DNA of 9,757 nucleotides from an archaeon (GTDB lineage Archaea > Iainarchaeota > Iainarchaeia > Iainarchaeales > CSSED10-239), in the NCBI GenBank assembly GCA_035390665.1, contig DAOOUC010000018.1, forward strand, positions 1-9,757, read 5' to 3'. Position 1 is the stretch's first letter; every line of letters begins with the position of its first letter. Position numbers and translations under genes: made by a program. Below are positions 6,438-9,757 of the stretch, in pieces. The notes below the pieces were generated by a model. The model did not search any database. It was not told the origin of the DNA and saw only the letters and a list, made by a program, of their open reading frames with translations.

Positions 6438-7160
6438 ATGACAAATTTAAAAAATATAAAGCTTGTTGCCTTTGATATAGGGGATACTCTTCATCAATTT
6501 TCTCATCCTGCTATGTTACAGAAATGCTATGAAGCAGAAATTAAGGTTTTAAGAAGGGCAGGATTAAAATTTAAGACAGAAGACTACTATTTAGTAGCTG
6601 AAAGAATATGGAGAGAGGCTAGAAAGAAAAAATCTGAAAAAGATAATCTTTTTGTTCCTAAACAGATTCTTAGATATCTTGGATATCCTAATAGATTAGA
6701 TCTTGCAGAGAAGATGGGAGAGTCTTTTGTAAAGGTTTCTAAAAAATATCTTCTAAAAACAAAAAGAACCATGCCTGGTGCTATTGATATTATTAAATAT
6801 TTACATAAGAAAGGATATATTCTTGGGGTAATTAGTGATACAGAAAATCTTGGACCTAAAAAGTGGTTAAAAGAAGCGAATATTTACAATTATTTTAAAA
6901 TAATTATTCTTTCTTGTGAAGTTGGTGGGAGAAAAGCTTCTCAAAAGCCATTTATTGCTTTTAAAAAATTAGCAAATAAGCAATTTAAGATTAAACCATC
7001 AGAGATAGTAATGGTTGGCAATCTATCTGTTGATATGGATGCAAAAAAACAAGGCTTTAGAACAATATTATTCGATCCAATATGTCAAAACACAAAACAT
7101 TTTCTTTATCAGCCAGATATTAAAATTAAAACTCTAAAAGATATTAAAAAATATTTATAA
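6438..7160 (+). CDS. HAD-superfamily hydrolase
   Basis: ORF 240 aa; motif I 'VAFDIGDTL', motif II 'GVISDT', downstream Lys in 'ASQKP', and 'VGNLSVDMDAKKQGFRTI'. TATA-like AATATTTAAT at 6404..6413. Confidence 0.88.
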   Translation: MTNLKNIKLVAFDIGDTLHQFSHPAMLQKCYEAEIKVLRRAGLKFKTEDYYLVAERIWREARKKKSEKDNLFVPKQILRYLGYPNRLDLAEKMGESFVKVSKKYLLKTKRTMPGAIDIIKYLHKKGYILGVISDTENLGPKKWLKEANIYNYFKIIILSCEVGGRKASQKPFIAFKKLANKQFKIKPSEIVMVGNLSVDMDAKKQGFRTILFDPICQNTKHFLYQPDIKIKTLKDIKKYL

Positions 7161-7826
7161 TTTACATAAACAATACATAATTACATTGTGTTTTATCTTT
7201 TTATTTACTTTCCTGGCTGTTTCTTCATTATATATTGCTTTGAATACTTCTTTTGAAGTTTTGTTGCTATCAAATAAGAAATAAGTTTTTATTTTTTTAA
7301 ATTCTTTAAATCCTTTCTTTATTACCCAATCATTATATCCTTTTGTCCTTGTGATATTAGGGTACCTGCCTCTTATGGTTTCAAATTCCCCGCCAATATC
7401 ATTTTCAACAAGTATTAATTTCCCTTTCTTCTTTAAGATTCTTAATAATTCTTTTAACACTTTTTCTTTTTTATTATTATCAAGAATTGTGCTCAATGCC
7501 CAAGTAGAATAAATAACATCAAAGGTATTGTCTTTAAATTTTGTTTTTTCTAAATCAGAGCAAGTAATTTCTATATTTTTATTAATTTTATTTTTTGCAA
7601 TCTCTAATTGTCCTTTAGCAGCATCTACACCATATAATTCTTTTGCATAAGGTTGTAACAATTCTAGATATTTACCTGTACCGCAACCTGCATCTAAAAC
7701 CACTTTATTTTTTACTATTGGTATTAGTTTTTTTAAAATATAGTTTGGATAGTCTTCTGCTTGACTTAACACTTCATAATAATCATTTAATCCATAATAT
7801 GCTTTAGCTTTTTCAGATAAGGTCAT
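7155..7826 (-). CDS. Class I SAM-dependent methyltransferase
   Basis: ORF 223 aa; 'VVLDAGCGTGKYLELL' motif I, 'GVDAAKGQLEIAKNK', 'FDVIYSTWALST', 'ELLRILKKKGKLILVE'. RBS GGTGAG upstream of the ATG. Confidence 0.9.
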   Translation of the reverse strand: MTLSEKAKAYYGLNDYYEVLSQAEDYPNYILKKLIPIVKNKVVLDAGCGTGKYLELLQPYAKELYGVDAAKGQLEIAKNKINKNIEITCSDLEKTKFKDNTFDVIYSTWALSTILDNNKKEKVLKELLRILKKKGKLILVENDIGGEFETIRGRYPNITRTKGYNDWVIKKGFKEFKKIKTYFLFDSNKTSKEVFKAIYNEETARKVNKKIKHNVIMYCLCKL

Positions 7827-7838
7827 GTTCTCACCGAA

Positions 7839-7890
7839 TTAATTCTTTTTCTTTCTTACTTCCATAAAGAGCTTATTGGCTTTCTTGATT
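7839..7890 (-). pseudogene. Remnant of the C-terminal end of a nucleotidyltransferase gene related to 5561..6385
   Basis: Minus strand reads ...IKKANKLFMEVRKKKN*, against MTKANKLYQEVRKSIK* of the intact gene. DNA GAAAGCCAATAAGCTCT then GAAGTAAGAAAGA are identical blocks separated by 5 nt in both loci. Confidence 0.6.
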
Positions 7891-7905
7891 TTTTTTATTA
7901 TAAAC

Positions 7906-8637
7906 TTACTTATACCCACCATCTGCTATTAAAACAATTCCATTTACATAACTGGAGTCTTGTGATGATAGGAAAAAAGCAACTGATGCTATTTCTTCTG
8001 GCTTACCAAATCTTTTTACAAATATTCTTTTTTCTTCTTCTTTTATGTATTCTTTTGGTAGTTTCTTGTTTATGTCTGTTAATACCCACCCTGGAGCAAT
8101 ACAGTTTACTCTAATCTTTGGAGCAAGTTCTTCTGCTAAGTTTCTAGTAAAACTAATTATTCCTGCTTTTGAAGCATCATAGTCTGCAGAGTCTGGACAA
8201 GTAACATTTATTCCGTTTGTTGATGCTATGTTAATTATGTTTCCAAAACCTTGCTTTAACATATAAGGTGCAGTATATTTAGAACAAAAATAAGTTCCAT
8301 TTAAATTAACATCAAAAGTTCTTTTCCATTGTTTTGTTGTTTTCTTTAATAATGGAACATCATAAACTATTCCTGCGTTATTTACTAAAATATCTATCTT
8401 TCCAAATTTTTTAATAACTTGAGTAATCATTTTCTTAACTGCGGTTTCATTTGAAACATCACATTTAATTGCAATTGCCTCTACACCTAATCTTTTTATA
8501 TCTTGAACAACTTTATTTGCTTCTAGTTTGGAATTATTATAGTTTACTACAATATTCATTCCTTCTTTTGCAAATCTTAATGCAATTGCTTTTCCAATTC
8601 CTCTACTTGATCCAGTAACTAATGCAACTTTATTCAT
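7906..8637 (-). CDS. Short-chain dehydrogenase/reductase (FabG-like)
   Basis: 'VTGSSRGIGKAIALRFAKEG' cofactor motif, 'DILVNNAG', 'NIAST...DYDASKAG' catalytic S and YxxxK. The track uses a GTG at 8646; ATG at 8637 (MNKVAL) is a plausible start. Confidence 0.93.
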   Translation of the reverse strand: MNKVALVTGSSRGIGKAIALRFAKEGMNIVVNYNNSKLEANKVVQDIKRLGVEAIAIKCDVSNETAVKKMITQVIKKFGKIDILVNNAGIVYDVPLLKKTTKQWKRTFDVNLNGTYFCSKYTAPYMLKQGFGNIINIASTNGINVTCPDSADYDASKAGIISFTRNLAEELAPKIRVNCIAPGWVLTDINKKLPKEYIKEEEKRIFVKRFGKPEEIASVAFFLSSQDSSYVNGIVLIADGGYK

Positions 8638-8682
8638 TTTTATCACAATTTATTTACAAATTAATAAACTTATAACCTAAAA

Positions 8683-8712
8683 CTCTTTAAAAATACTCCT
8701 TTTACTACAGAA
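8683..8712 (-). repeat. 30-nt repeat, copy 2, upstream of the SDR gene and downstream of a nucleotidyltransferase remnant
   Basis: Plus strand CTCTTTAAAAATACTCCTTTTACTACAGAA; 28/30 identical to 5526..5555. Confidence 0.7.
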
Positions 8713-8738
8713 GAATTATTACTGACTTCTACGACTAC

Positions 8739-8805
8739 TTACTTGGTTGCTTTTCTTCTTTTTCTAAGTCTTTTAGATAGAGATGATTGAATTACGAGAT
8801 ATCAT
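8739..8805 (-). pseudogene. Internally deleted, frameshifted remnant of a second copy of the nucleotidyltransferase gene
   Basis: Minus strand ATGATATCTCGTAATTCAATCATCTCTATCTAAAAGACTTAGAAAAAGAAGAAAAGCAACCAAGTAAGTAG. The 5' part matches the intact gene start ATGATATCTCGTAAAACCATAATCTCTAGCCTTAAAGAACTAGAAAAG. The 3' part matches its end (AGAAAGAGTATAAAGTAAGTAG) and then the shared flank at 8683..8712. Confidence 0.7.
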
Positions 8806-8864
8806 AAATGATCAAATAGAACAATTTAACTTAAAAGTGCTTTAAATATCTAACTGACAGAAAC

Positions 8865-9665
8865 TCAATTAGATTTAGCTTCCAAAACACATATTTGCAT
8901 AAAATAATCCGGAGAATTTCTTAGAATATTACAATCTTCTGGTTTCATTTTTGTTGCTTGAACAAATTTAGCAACGCAAGCCTCTTGATTAATCCTATAG
9001 TCATAAATCTTATTTAAATAACTACATTCAAAAATATCATTTTTTTCTATAGCTCTATTCGTAACACAATCTTGATCATTTAAACAATTATATCTTTTAT
9101 GTTCCCATTGTTCATATATTACTGCAGATAGAAATATACACAAAACTACTGCGGTTATTATTATGCCTAATACTCTTTTTTTATCATCAAATATCTTATA
9201 GACTCCATATACCAATAATACCAACAATCCAATAACTATAAAATATACTACATAATTATCAACAGCTACAGAAAACAATGAATAGAAGGTTTTTTTCAAA
9301 AATAAAGGAACAGTCGTTGATAATAAAGTATCAAATCTCCAATTAAACATAATTCTAAATAAAAATATGATTAAGAAAATTAAATCAAATACTATTACTA
9401 TAAAATAAAATTTATTAGACTTATCTTCATTTTTAATTACTTTTTTTAAATATTTAACTCCTAGTAGTATGGTAGGTAACATTGCAAATAAAAGAAAGAT
9501 TAATGTAGGCAATAATGTTATTTTTAATTCACAACTACTAAATGCACACCAAAAACTAACAAAAGCTATAACTAAAACTTGCCATAAGACTAATATGATT
9601 AAATCCCAACCGCCAGTCTTAACTTTAATCTCTTGTTTTGATTCATCCATATCTGATCTTTCCAT
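8865..9665 (-). CDS. Multi-pass membrane protein with Cys-rich C-terminal domain, function unknown
   Basis: ORF 266 aa with several hydrophobic segments, then a soluble tail with regularly spaced Cys ('YNCLNDQDC...FECSYL...EACVAK...EDCNIL...QICVLEAK'). TATA-like AGATATTTAAATAG about 30-40 nt upstream on the minus strand. Confidence 0.75.
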   Translation of the reverse strand: MERSDMDESKQEIKVKTGGWDLIILVLWQVLVIAFVSFWCAFSSCELKITLLPTLIFLLFAMLPTILLGVKYLKKVIKNEDKSNKFYFIVIVFDLIFLIIFLFRIMFNWRFDTLLSTTVPLFLKKTFYSLFSVAVDNYVVYFIVIGLLVLLVYGVYKIFDDKKRVLGIIITAVVLCIFLSAVIYEQWEHKRYNCLNDQDCVTNRAIEKNDIFECSYLNKIYDYRINQEACVAKFVQATKMKPEDCNILRNSPDYFMQICVLEAKSN

Positions 9666-9724
9666 TTTAATCTTACCAAATTATAGTTTAAAACTATTTA
9701 AATATCTGTCGTCTAGAAAGAGAA

Positions 9725-9757
9725 TTAACTTTTTATGATATCTACAACTTTAGATAT
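9725..9757 (-). CDS. Possible C-terminal tail of a further minus-strand CDS running off the right edge
   Basis: Minus strand reads ISKVVDIIKKS* to a TAA at 9727..9725. Only 10 residues, so weak. Confidence 0.25.
   Translation of the reverse strand: MSKVVDIIKS

Noticed and set aside
6587-6772. 61-aa minus-strand ORF
   Set aside because: Antisense within the HAD gene, whose protein motifs are clear; no independent support.
9469-9738. 89-aa plus-strand ORF
   Set aside because: Mostly antisense to the 266-aa membrane protein; no motif, and it spans that gene's start and promoter.
1-9757. CRISPR array
   Set aside because: No regularly spaced set of three or more direct repeats was found on either strand. 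The GC-rich repeats at 5670 and 5889 are irregular and lie inside an open reading frame.

Overview
This 9,757-bp AT-rich window looks archaeal and possibly DPANN-like. That is inference from TATA-like boxes, GGTGA/AGGAGAT ribosome-binding sites, and a Cys-rich membrane protein; nothing here assigns taxonomy. From left to right it contains: (i) the N-terminus of a minus-strand winged-helix-like protein running off the left edge and missing from the ORF track, with a perfect 10-2-10 palindrome in its promoter; (ii) a convergent pair of a putative PD-(D/E)XK endonuclease and a strong m5C DNA methyltransferase, bracketed by an imperfect ~22-24 bp direct repeat; (iii) a Nudix hydrolase; (iv) a minus-strand run of three membrane-protein genes, one a membrane-anchored Mrr-type nuclease and one carrying a C2HC finger between transmembrane segments; (v) a nucleotidyltransferase-fold gene with GC-rich, hairpin-forming, repeated segments inside its reading frame; (vi) a HAD-like hydrolase, a class I SAM methyltransferase and an SDR oxidoreductase; (vii) a multi-pass membrane protein with a Cys-rich tail. 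The observations most worth following are the GC-rich in-frame repeats, two decayed fragments of the nucleotidyltransferase gene elsewhere in the window (one sharing a 28/30-nt 3' flank with the intact copy), the direct repeats around the R-M pair, and the membrane-Mrr gene cluster. All alignments were done by hand. No CRISPR array, rRNA, convincing tRNA or transposase was seen.
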